Source: Octopus sinensis (lineage: Eukaryota). From it: 64,000 nt of DNA. Positions 25,956 through 40,319 of this stretch are shown one piece after another (position 1 is the first letter of the stretch; each line of letters opens with the position of its first letter). The notes beneath the pieces were generated by a model. It was not told the DNA's origin. It made no database searches and saw only the letters and a program-made list of their open reading frames with translations. The position numbers and the translations under genes are program-made. The DNA lies in assembly GCF_006345805.1 (NCBI RefSeq), contig NW_021831987.1, forward strand, positions 94,496 through 158,495, written 5' to 3'.

Positions 25956-27969
25956 TACATCGATCCCTGTACTAGATTCATACTTTATTTTATTGACCCT
26001 GAAAAGATGAAAGAAAAAGTTGAGCTGGGCGGAATTTTAGCTGAGAATTTAAAGGACAAGAAAAAAACGCTAAGCATTTTTAGTCCGACGTTCTAATGAC
26101 TCTTCCAGCCCATCTCCTTCCATCGTAACACACTTTTAAAAAAGCTAATAGCAAGAAGCAATATATTTTTCCATTGAAATAAAATAGAAAAAAAAACTAA
26201 TATGGCGCTTTCAAACCTCCCACCGATTTTTCTCTATTATATAACAAATCTTTATCTTTAAAAAATATGTTGTGCTATTTTAAACAATATAAATAATGCC
26301 GCTTAAAATATTGTCACAGAATTAGATGATGAAAATAGGGGCCGAAACATTCTGTAACATAAAAAACAAACTTTTCTTTTAAAGCTCATCAACCGTTTTT
26401 ACCCACCTCCCTTCCACAGAACTTATTAACCCTTCCAAACCGATTTAAGTGTCACTACTTCAATCATATCAGATCTTGCCCTTTCTGAAACTGAACTTTA
26501 ATCAAGTGAAAGGGAATAGGTTTTTTATTCGAAGCTGAGATTTGACTGCTACTTGCTGCAGGTCGAGCGGTCACGTTGTACATGACTACACCTTGGTTCA
26601 CTCGTGAACCCCTGTTTTGGAGTTCATCAGATCACAGATCCTTCTACAACACGTGTAAATAAAGCGCCTTAGCATTATCTTTGACAGAAGGAAACTCACT
26701 TCTTACAATTTGATATTAAAACAAAAATTTACTGCTCTACGATCACTGCAATCGGTGCACTACAAACCAGCGACCGGTACTAAGGACCTGTTGTTTTGAC
26801 AACTCTACTTGTATCGCTTGCCGCTTTTGTGGAGAAGACGGTTTGTTGATAATAGCTTAAACACCGAAATAACTGATGGAGTCTGTAAAAACTCTCATAA
26901 ATATTTCGAAAATTTACGTTTTTCTTTTACAGTTGAAGCTTTTAAAGATGTTGATACATTTTAACCGAGATAATTCACAATACGTACCCCATGAAAAAGA
27001 AAATGAAGAGCATCAATAGGTTCATAACTTTTCCAGTCACCCCAATAAGAACTTACTAAAAAATATTTTCTTGGGGCAATCTACATTTAAAAAAAAAACA
27101 ATTCTTTTTTAACATGACATTGAACCATTACAAGCAATCAAAATCAGCCGCGGTTGCACAAACATAGAAACAAATAGATTGGTGGTATAATTCACGGTTC
27201 GAATTAATAACTTATAACAATAGATATCTCCAAACTAGAATCAGAGCAATTCCCTCTGAAACACATGTATAAAAAATAATTCGAATTATTTATACAAGAA
27301 CGTGCTTTTAGCCTTAAAAGTGAATTCTACAGCAAAAGAAAAAAACAAGAAGTACTTTATTGCGTCACGATCAGCCTAATATACTCGTTTTTAAAATAAA
27401 AGTTTTTAAAATAAAAGTTTTTCAAATAAAATAAAATAAACACTAAGTTTTTAAAATACGAAAATGAGATTTTATCAGCACACACAGACGCATATTTAGA
27501 AACCTAAAGACCAGAAAACCGAAATTTGGTCTTTAAAGTGTCTTAATATTAAATGGTGACTTTTATTTTTCATCTTCTGCAAAACCTACACAAACAAATA
27601 AACATTATTTATTTTTCGCGTCTAAATCATATGAAGTTTTATTTTTAAGCCCATATACTTTAACCGACATTCAGAATAAGTCCCATCTTGTAAACATTGG
27701 ATCGCTAGAACTTCAAAATAATTCAATTTTTTTTTATATTCCCAAATAATCAATGTTTTATTGAACAGACATTCATTATAGCTCTGACTTTGGTTGTGGA
27801 TTTCTATTTAAGTATAAACAATGCCAGCATCATGTAACTGAGAAGCTATATTAGCAACTCAAAAGCCGGGAGTTTCGTGAACTTATGCATACATACATAT
27901 ATACACACATACATCCATACATACGTACTTTTGTACGTAAATACGTACATACGTACATATATGCATACC

Positions 27970-28046
<77 letters not shown>

Positions 28047-28377
28047 TAGTACATACATATATGTATGTATGTGCTGCGTACTTATGTATGTATATATGTA
28101 TATATACATGCATTCAGATACGTTTTTTTTAATTCACAATCGAAAGAAATAACTGAGGCTTCACTCACCATTCAGTAACGATGGAATGATACCTCATATC
28201 GGAACACCTGTGCGCACGCACACACACACAGACATGTATGTTTGTGTGTGTGTGTGCATGTGTGTGTGTGTGTGTGTGTGGTGTGTGTGTATGCATATTT
28301 ATGTATGAAATATTCATCTGATAAGCAAGTCGTATATTTGTAGGAGGAAGGAGAGAACGTGTGAAGAAGCCACTCAC

Positions 28378-28651
28378 CTGGTCGCGAGAATGATGTTTTG
28401 CTGGCCGTTCTGTCCGGTGGTTGGTAACTGCTAACCTGATTGAGGGACCTAGTAAAATGTTCGTCTACAACAACCGACGTTTCTCCCGTAAAGTAAGTTA
28501 GAAGAACACAGTTGGGATTGAGATATTGTACACTTCCTTTCGATTGGTCACCTTTTTCGAACTCCTCGTCACTCTTCGTAACCGAGCTTGATCCTTGGTG
28601 AATGTAATGTCCAGGACTGCTGACGTCGTACATAGATGGAATAGCATATTT
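28378..28651 (-). CDS. vg: Internal coding exon of a vestigial / vestigial-like (VGLL) transcriptional co-activator, TONDU (Vg_Tdu) TEAD-binding domain
   Basis: Translates KYAIPSMYDVSSPGHYIHQGSSSVTKSDEEFEKGDQSKGSVQYLNPNCVLLTYFTGETSVVVDEHFTRSLNQVSSYQPPDRTASKTSFSRP(G). CVLLTYFTGETSVVVDEHFTRSL matches the TONDU motif (CVLFTYFQGDISSVVDEHFSRAL in VGLL2). Acceptor ttcttcttgttctgatttcag| (phase 0, in-frame TGA just upstream); donor CCAG|gtgagt (phase 1); 274 nt. Confidence 0.93.
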
Positions 28652-28751
28652 CTGAAATCAGAACAAGAAGAACATTTTAACATACGCTCACGGCAACATT
28701 GCTGAAGGATACAGTTGTATACGGAATATAGAAATTGACATATGCTGATAA

Positions 28752-29045
28752 GCACGTTTTTAGCCTAGTGGTTAGAGCAGCGGACTCACGGTCGAGGGAT
28801 CGCGGGTTCGAATCTCAGACGTGTGTGTTTATTAGCGAAACACCTAAGCTCCACGCGGCTCCGGCACAAGGTAATGGCGAAATTCTGCTGACTCTTTCAC
28901 CACAACTTTCTCTCACTCTTTCCTCCTGCATCTTGCAGCTCACCTGCGACGGACTGGCGTCCCGTCCAGGTGGGGAACCTATACGCCAAGGAAACCGGGG
29001 AAACGGCCCTTATGAGCCAGGCGTGACACGAGAACAAACAAACAA
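28752..29045 (+). mobile_element. SINE family C (tRNA-like head), about 100 bp from the vg splice acceptor
   Basis: gcctagtggttagagcagcggactcacggtcgagggatcgcgggttcgaatc head; cctgcgacggactggcgtcccgtccagg body; (aaac)n tail. Confidence 0.85.
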
Positions 29046-29415
29046 TCATCGACTAATTGAACATTCGTTAAGAATTTCATTGGTTGGGTACATCTATGCA
29101 CATATTAAAAATGTATAATGATATCTTGTTGATATAACATCGATTATTCATACACACATATAAACACAAACAAACATACATACATACATACATACATACA
29201 TACATGTATATATATGTATGTGTGTATATATAGAAATACATACACACACACACATATATAAATATGTGTATATATATATATATATATATTATATATTATA
29301 TATATATATATATAAGATATTAGAAAAAAACACCTTTTATCAATTCTAAACTGAATTCTTTTTCCTTGTAAGTTTGGATTTTATTCCCTCAAATAATAAT
29401 TATACATATATATAT

Positions 29416-29496
<81 letters not shown>

Positions 29497-29566
29497 TGCA
29501 CATATACATATATACACACATATCTGTATATGCATATATACACTATAGATATGTATAGATAATATA

Positions 29567-29606
29567 CTTTTTCCGACGATGGTTCATATGGCCGAAACTT
29601 TGAAGA
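29567..29606 (+). ncRNA. Degenerate minimal hammerhead-like motif
   Basis: tttt-CCGACGA-t-GGTT catat GGCC-GAAACTTT-gaag: core has a U-to-C change and the stem III palindrome is damaged. Confidence 0.35.
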
Positions 29607-29729
29607 AACTGCCAATAATATTCTTCTTCAAGAATAATAAATTTGTACTTTACAGAAGTATAGAGTAGCCGATCTGATTAATGTAAAAATTGTTTTTTTA
29701 AATTATAACTGAGCATAAAAACAAACATT

Positions 29730-29797
<68 letters not shown>

Positions 29798-30410
29798 GTG
29801 CGCATATATATGTATACACATACAAACATACATATATATTATACGTAAATGCATATACACACAAATATATATATATATATTTATCTTCAACTGTCTGTTT
29901 ATATGAATCCATATACATATATATATATATATACATTCACATACAAACATACTCACACATACATATATGCTATGCCATGCCATACTGCAACAACAGAATG
30001 CATACACACACACACACGTGTAGATGCAGCTATGCGATCGTGGATGTTTATACGTTCTTCAAATATATTTATGGAATGCCTTGTTGGTTCCTGATATACC
30101 ACATTCCTTCGATTGCCAGTTTTTTTTTTTCTTTTTGTAAACAGAGCAGAATATTCGTGGCTGCAACACGTCAGAAGATCAGCTAGAATTTAACAAGACA
30201 GACTAATTAACAATGTTCTTGTTATTAGAGATATCGGTTTAGCGTGGATACGTAATATTCTTCACTGATCAGCGATCCGATATGCCTACCTACACCACTT
30301 TACTAATGATACAATATGCTTGCAACGGGGCGGGTTTCTTTGCTCTTCTTGCTGGCGCGGCTTCTGCCACGGATGCTGCTACTGTCGTTCTTCCTCACAT
30401 GGATACAGCT

Positions 30411-30451
<41 letters not shown>

Positions 30452-30498
30452 GATACAAATACGCGCGGGCGAAAATATACATGTATATTCGCAGTTAT

Positions 30499-30838
30499 AT
30501 ATAAGAGAGTCAAAAAGTAATGCCATTTTGTTTAGGACAGGTGTAATTATCAACACAGGAACGTGTATCATACTTCAAAATGAAGCTGGTTCTCTGTGGA
30601 TCACATCCCTACTTCTCAACATAGTCACCATTTCTCTCAATAGCACCATTTCTCTCAAGGATACATGCTCTCATTCGAAGGTGGAACATTGCTATTGAGA
30701 GAAATGGTGACTATGTTGAGAAGTAGGGATGTGATCCACAGAGGACCAACTTTACTTTCATGTATGATACATGTTCCTGTGTTGGTAATTATACCTGTGC
30801 TAAACAAAATGGCATTACTTTTTGACTCACTCTCGTAT
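30499..30838. mobile_element. Palindromic mariner-derived MITE (two inverted 3' ends)
   Basis: Inverted arms of about 145 bp (30499-30645 and 30690-30838), inner 54 bp perfect; ends gagtcaaaaagtaatgcc / ggcattactttttgactcactctcgta; centre and right arm read ..HALIRRWNIAIERNGDYVEK*, a mariner transposase C-terminus. Confidence 0.88.
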
Positions 30839-30867
30839 ATACGCTCTCTTTTTATTTCTTCGTGTTC

Positions 30868-30903
30868 CTTTCTGTTGAAGAGCGTAGGCTCGAAACGTAA
30901 AAG
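30868..30903 (+). ncRNA. Minimal hammerhead-like motif in an interspersed repeat (about 30843-30955)
   Basis: cttt-CTGTTGA-a-GAGC gtag GCTC-GAAACGTA-aaag: stems I and II pair, ACGT palindrome, non-canonical U at A6. Second copy at 61794-61829 (minus). Confidence 0.55.
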
Positions 30904-31254
30904 ACGTTCTCACCTTCCCGAGCGTCAAACTAATACACCTGCTTGTTGTTTATACACATGTCTTATATACATATATGTGTGTGTGTGTGCGTGCGAGCGC
31001 ACGTGTGTAGGTAGAACTTTGCAAGCAGGTGAATATTTAGGTGTGATCCTTTGGCAGGTAGGGGTAAAAGTGTTTGCAAGTTTATCATTTCTTGTTTGAG
31101 TGGATTTAATCCTTTGCTTTGTCAGTGTAAAAGTTAAAGGTTCAAGCTTTGGTCCAGTATTGAAAAACTTAGTAATTGGGTGTGTCAACTTTTTGTAAAG
31201 GAATTTTTCAAGATTTCACAAAAGAATGCAATTAGGTGTTAAATGTTCGTTTCA

Positions 31255-31320
<66 letters not shown>

Positions 31321-31340
31321 AAGGGGGAAACGTATAGATA

Positions 31341-31567
31341 TAAGGGGGTGGGGTGAAAAGTTCCTGGCTTTGGGTAAAAGAAAATACAGGAGGATTAGTT
31401 AATTACGATTTTACTCAACATATTCCCCTCTCAGATTCACAGACTTATTGCAGCGGTCCTTCAGTTTCAGTTTTTCTAAGCCCTGTAAAAGAACACGGAA
31501 GGTTGGGCTTCCAGTCAAGCCTTTCGCGATGCCCTTAAAGCCAGGAACTTTTTAACACTCCTTCGTA
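31341..31567. mobile_element. Mariner-type MITE
   Basis: TIRs ta..gtgaaaagttcctggcttt / aaagccaggaactttttaacactccttcgta. Confidence 0.8.
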
Positions 31568-32627
31568 TATACATTTATATATGTGCACACACATACACAA
31601 AGCACATATGAGCAAAAGCAAAATGAATATTTAATGCCACATAGAGAGTGTTATACCAAATTTTATTCAGGCTAAAAATCGTTGCCCGGGACGCAGGTAA
31701 CATCTAACTCAGAAAAACATTCTATGAAGTTTTGTCAGCTTTGTATGCGGACACAAACGCGCGCACCTGTACCCACGATCATGCTTTGGTAAAGCGAAGT
31801 ATTTCCTCATATTTCCTCCGAGCAAACCCAACTTTTGCTTCAGCTAAAAACTTTTCAATACCAGTGGGTTGAAATTAAGTAAAAATAAATTAAACTCAGA
31901 GTTCTTTAATGATATTTCTTACGTTTAAACTGAAAGTTGGATCATAACAGCGGATATTTCAAGGCGAGACTTACGATTGAAAAGATTAGAAGCGGAGGCA
32001 CAGTGAATTTTATCTAAAAAGCCGCTGTTGCTTAAACCTCTTGTATTTGTCACTGTGTGTAAGCGTGTAGATATGTGTGCGCGCGCGCCTGTGTGTGTGT
32101 GTGTGTGGAAATGTTTGTGCGTCTGTATTTGTCCCCCTCAATCATTGCTTGACAACCACTGTTGGTGTGTTTACGTCCCCGTAACATAGCGGTTCGGCAA
32201 ACAAAGAATAAGTCCTGGGGTCGATTTGTACGACTAAAGGCAGTGCTCCAGCATGGCTGCAGTCAGATGACTGAAACAAACAAAAGAATATAATGTGTGT
32301 GTGCGCGAATGTATGTGCGTGTATGTGTGTGTGCGTGTGGGGTGCGTATATGTTTATGTCTTTGTGCGCTTGTGTTTGTTTTTTCTATCGCTTGACAACC
32401 AGCCAGTGTTGGTTTGTTTATGTTCCCGTAACCTAGTGGTTCAGTAAAACACAACGACAGAACAAATTCAAAACTTTAAAAAATAATTGATGAAATGGAT
32501 TTTTTTCCTGACTAAACCTTTCAGTATACTGCTCCAGCATGACCGCTGTACACTGTCTGAAACAAGTAAAAGATCAAAGATGAAGCAGAGCAGTGTTTTG
32601 TATTTCTTAATATTATTGTCCTTTCGA

Positions 32628-32990
32628 GATGGCGAGCTTGGCAGAAACGTTAGCACGCCAGGCGAAATGCTTAGCAGTATTTCGTCAGTCTTTACATTCT
32701 TAGTTCAAATTCCACCGAGGTCGACTTTGCCTTTCATCCTTTCGGGGTCGATAAATTAAGTACCAGTTACGCACTGGGGTCGATATAATCGACTTAATCC
32801 GTTTGTCTGTCCTCGTTTGTCCTCTCTGTGTTTAACCCCTTGTGGGTAGTAAAGAAATAGGTATTTTGTCTGCCGCTACGTTGTTAGTTCAAATTCCACC
32901 GAGGTCGACTTTGCCTTCCATCCTTTCGAGGTTGATGAATAAGGTACCAGTGGCAAAAATTTCGGGCCTTGTGCCTAGAGTAGAAAAGAA
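32628..32990 (+). mobile_element. SINE family A, dimeric form
   Basis: Monomer followed by a headless second unit starting ggtatt..ctgccgctacgttgt; 17-bp flanking repeat aatattattgtcctttc. Confidence 0.88.
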
Positions 32991-33512
32991 TATTATTGTC
33001 CTTTCATTGTGCACTTAATCTCAGTTTAGTGAGGAAAGCTAAAAGACAATGTTGTGAATTAAATTCCGTTAATTTCGTTGCGAATTAAATTTCGTTGGGA
33101 GTATCAATAATATAAGCTTTATTTGCCTTTTGTTATAAGTTTACTACATAAGGTCTTAGGGTACCTTAAGTTCACCACTTGGTCTTAGGGTACCTCAAGC
33201 AGAATTGATTCTGTTGCAAGCTCTTCGGTAAGATTCTCGATTTCCTCCTCAGCCATCAGCTTCTTGGAAACATTTCAACAACAAATGTTTAAGCATCACT
33301 TGAATCAATCATAGAATTAAATGAAGGCCTTCTCAGTTCTGAGAATCTCCTCTCTGCTACTGAATAACTTACAAAATAAGGGTGACATGGAAGTAGTTGA
33401 ACCTGATACTTGAGGCTAGTTTCCGAAAACAGCTCACCTCGAGATTATATTTGATGTTATGTCCCACTAGTCTATTGGTTTAGATTGTCGTAGCTTTTTT
33501 TTATAACCATAT

Positions 33513-33704
33513 GGCGCAGGAGTGGCTGTGTGGTAAGTAGCTTGCTTACCAACCGCATGGTTCCGGGTTCAGTCTCACTGCGTGGCACCTTGGCAAGTGT
33601 CTTCTACTATAGCCTCGAGCCGACTAAAGCTTTGTGAGTGGATTTGGTAGACGGAAACTGAAAGAACCCCGTCGTATATATATATGCATATATGTATATG
33701 TATG

Positions 33705-33761
<57 letters not shown>

Positions 33762-33785
33762 ATGTGTGTGTGTGTGTGTGGTGTG

Positions 33786-33816
<31 letters not shown>

Positions 33817-34042
33817 TGTGTGTTTGTCTGTCTGTGTTTGTTTCCCCAACATCGCTTGACAACTGATGCTGGTGTGTTTACGTCCTCGTAACTTAGCGGT
33901 TCGGCAAAAGAGATCGATAGAATAAGTACTAGGCTTACAAAGAATAAGTCCTCGTTTCGATTTGCTCGACTAAAGGCGGTGCTCCAGCATGTCCGCAGTC
34001 AAATGACTGAAACAAGTAAAAGAGTAAAAAGAGTAAGAGTAA
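33513..34042 (+). mobile_element. SINE family B, best full-length copy
   Basis: ggcgcaggagtggctgtgtggtaag..ggttcagtc head; gcaccttggcaagtgtctt CORE-like box; internal (TA)n(TG)n; tail gcggtgctccagcatgtccgcagtcaaatgactgaaacaagtaaa. Confidence 0.92.
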
Positions 34043-34441
34043 CTATGAATGACTTGCCCTGAGAGACATTCAGCGTTGCCCGGTCTTTGGGAAGAGTGAA
34101 AGAAATTAATCTCTGAATGAATATATTTGTGGTCATGTATTTGTTTACATATATAAGTGGTTATGTTTGACAAGACAGATAGCCAGACGTAGAGAGAAAG
34201 AAAGATAGCTAGACAGACGGACAGACAGATAGATAGATAAACAGACAGACAGGCAGACAGACAGAGGCAATCTCTGCCTGTTTGACTATCTATCTATATG
34301 TCTGTCTAGATGTGTTTCTCTCTCAGACAGATAGCTAGACAGACAGAAAAACAGACAGACAGATAGATAGACATACAGACAGACAGACAGACAGATAGAA
34401 AGATAGATGGATGGATGGATGGATGGATGGATGGATGGATG

Positions 34442-36568
<2,127 letters not shown>

Positions 36569-37499
36569 TGGTAGATAGATAGACAGACAGATATATAGAT
36601 AGATACTGTATGGTTTCAATTCACGTTAAGGGAGACAAATTTAGGGAAACCCTACACATGCGTATATTCAGGGGAATACAATAAGTATTTAAACATCTGA
36701 GATATGAAGTTAGAACCCAGCTCCTAGAACGATACAACGTCTGCTGTTTACTTATAAAACACCAAACATAGGTCACCATGACTTTTATTTCATTTTTTTT
36801 TTCATTGTAGATATCAAAAAATCACTGACTTGGAGCGGCAGCATGTATTCTATTTCGTTTCGTTTCATAAATTTAATTTCCAATACAACTTTTATATAAG
36901 CAACTTACTAGGGCCGATGCCCATCATTTAGCGAATGGTTGTACGGTTCTATTGCTGTTTCATGACAATGGCAAGCAAATAAGAATTTTGTAGTTTCGTA
37001 GGAAGTATAATGCCGACAGTATGTGTGGGAATCGTGACGTATTTATTTAAAGTATTAGATTGAGCCGTCTTGAACATCGTAGTAACCCGAGAAAACGGCA
37101 AGCAATTATCTTGAAGAAATTAGCTCTCCAATAATATTTACCCAAAGGGCAGACGAATTCAAAACAAAACAGAACAAATGTAATGAAGAGTAATTCTATA
37201 TTAGTTCTGAGTAAAAATGATGGAAGATTTTGGACGTAAAAATAACATTAAGTCATGTTTTATAAACATGGAGGCTGTTATAATAAAACAACTTATTGTT
37301 TTGAAATGCAGGGTTAACATTTGAAACTAAAATGACGGGAGTCAATCCATGTAACATTGTATAATGGAAACTCGAAAAGATAGATCTGACAAGATATCCG
37401 GAAGTTTTCTTTAGCTACAAGCAGACAATGAAAACGAAAGTTAGTTTGGGGAGATAGAAACATCTGATAAAGGAATCTGAAGTTTTCATAGTAACATAA

Positions 37500-37950
37500 G
37501 CATCACCCACTACCGCAACAACAATCACCACCACTATCACTACGACACAACAACACTCACCACTACTACCACTACCATCAACACCGCCGCCGCTACTGCA
37601 ACATTCACAACTCTCGCCATCACCGCCAATATCTCATTATCAACATTATCACCACCACTATCACAGCTACTATCACCACCACGACCACCGCCACCACCAT
37701 CACAACAACTACAACCACAACAACACTCACCACCACTACCACTACCATCAACACCACCGCCACTACTGCAACATAGACAGCTATCGCCTTCACCGCCACC
37801 ATCACATTATCAACATTACCACCGCCGCTATCACAACTACTATCTCCACCACGACCACCGCCACCACCACCACCACAACAACAATCACAACTACTCGTCA
37901 TCGCCGCCGCCATCACTACCACCACCACCACTGTCACAACCACAACAACA
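37500..37950. repeat. Degenerate (ACC/ACA/ACT)n trinucleotide tract with internal duplication
   Basis: Directly visible; explains the poly-Val/Gly ORF 37620-37943. Confidence 0.9.
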
Positions 37951-39220
37951 AGTAGTCAGCGAAAGCGGAAGTGAGCCAACCGTGGCTCGAGTTGCTACTA
38001 ATGAAATTAAAAGCAGTGACACCATCAGTCAACGGTGTCTGAAATAAATCGCCATGACAGGTAAGCTGACGGCAATGGAGGAAAATTTAAGTGAAGTAGA
38101 AGGCAAGAAAACCGGAAGTGAACAATAGTAACACACGAGACGACAGAAACGGAAGTAAGATGATAGGACACATCATATGAAAAAAGTTGCTGAAAGAGAC
38201 AGTAAATGAAAGATGCGGATAAGATTTGTATTTCGTGTTTGTAAGTCTATCAGTCGACTCTACTGGCCCAGAAATGTTACAGAGATTCTAATCAAAATTC
38301 GCAGCGGCTGAAGAGCAGATTATTTAATTAGAACTTCCTTCGCATCTTCACGTTTATCTATCTTAACAGATTAAAAATTTATTTAAAAAAAAACAAACAA
38401 TGTTGATTCCTTGAATAGTCACAAGACCTTCAATAATGCTAGACAGAACAATCGATTCGGTCACCCTCTTCGATTTTATTTTCAGCATCGTTTATCTTTA
38501 ATCTTTTTCTCGTTGCAAAGCGAGGCCCTGATTAAATAGACTTATGATTAAAAGCCAAGGTTATACCACTTAATCCTATACTAGGAACAGGTTTGTTCTC
38601 CCTTTTGTTACCATATTTCTGAGCAAATACACCGCCGTTTTTCAATTAGCTTTTAAAATGATAAAGAATTTAGTAAAATGACTTAAGCTATAGTTTGTAA
38701 CAAAAATTTATGTGAAATTTGAATGCAAACGTTTGATTTAAATTACTTTAAAAGGAAAGATTTTATCATACAACTCATGGTGACCTCAAGCGGCTTGATA
38801 TCAAATAAGTTAAAAAAGTTGTGGTATACTTCTGAGAGAAGATTGATTGATATTTTGCTGGTTTGTATTAGTAAATATCTATTATTAATTAGGCAATGGG
38901 CGCATCAAACTTCAAAGGAATATCTTTTTATTGAAGATTTACTATCTAAAAAGGTTACAAAAATCGAACTCAGAAATTTATATTTCTAATAGACTTCAAT
39001 TTGTGGAGGCTCAACTCCAACCTGTTTATATTAAATTTAAGAAGTTATTGCGATGTTGATAATAACTGGGAGAGTTTGATCAAAGATTTCAGGAATGGTT
39101 AAAGTGAAATTTGCTTTCTTCTCATAATTCTTTTTATGATGTTGTTTCATTTATTATGTTAGAAATGGGTTCATATCATGTGCGAATCTCTGTGAGTGCA
39201 TGCGCTGTATAAAGCGTATG

Positions 39221-39289
<69 letters not shown>

Positions 39290-39962
39290 TTATACGTGCA
39301 TGCATATGCAATTTCGTATATGTATACACACACAGATATACATGCATACATGTGTGTGAATGTAACCACGAATTTTATTAAGAGAATTAGGATAAATATA
39401 TAACACCACAAATGTTCTTAGACACAAATTATTGGCGAAAAGGGGTCTGTAAACGAGCTTACTACGGAAACAACAACAACAACAACAACAACAAGGGCAG
39501 CAACTAAATCAACAACATAAGAATAATAACAGCAACATTAATAAACAGTTGAATAAAAGCAAACAATGGACGCTTTCCAAGCTTGTATTATATATACATG
39601 TATGTTGATGTATGTGTGTATTTATATGTGTATCTGTGTGCGTATAAACAACGCATATATATTCAAGCAGCATATGTGTATATATGTGTGTGTGTGTATG
39701 TGTTTATGTATTGTTTTGCGTGAGCACAGTTGGGTGCTGAAGAATTTTATGACCGAATCTAACCATTCTAGAAGCCATTAGTGTCCCTAAATCTCATAAT
39801 GTAGACACCATCTGTTATCTGAGAGTCGAAATATTATTTATGTTTACGGCATTTCATTAATGCCTACGACTGTTCACTTACCAACACCGCGACTGTTCAC
39901 TTAAGAATAACTGTTTCGAAAACAAACACGCGAACGGCAGAACCAAGAAAGAAAAAGAAGTA

Positions 39963-39993
<31 letters not shown>

Positions 39994-40319
39994 TGTTCCC
40001 AAACTCTCAAAATAATATTTGCTCATGTGTATCTGTTGTTAACAAGTTTAATCTCATCACGATTTTTATTTAACGAATTCTTCAAATTTAAAGAATGTTT
40101 CTAACTTTTGTTTCTCATTTTTTTATTAACGTTTGTTTAATTTTTCCTATCTTTATTTTTTTTTTTTTTTCACAGTCTAAGAACCTCAGTGAATTTATTG
40201 CAAGAATTCGTAGATGTTAAACTGATGAGAAAAGTTATGTTACTCTCCCTGGAAAGGACGCTTGAATATAATTTCTTATTCACTTCTGCATGGATTATGC
40301 ATGTTTCATGACCAAATTC

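Noticed and set aside
28172-28377. C-terminal part of ORF 28172-28633 after ..SRPG
   Set aside because: Read-through past a consensus donor (CAG|gtgagt) into intronic (CA)n; not part of the exon.
36907-36945. Possible Helitron 3' end on the minus strand (..gggcatcggccCTAG|t)
   Set aside because: Hairpin is poor and no matching 5' terminus was found.
37620-37943. Val/Gly-rich ORF resembling a membrane protein
   Set aside because: Antisense reading of a degenerate trinucleotide tract.
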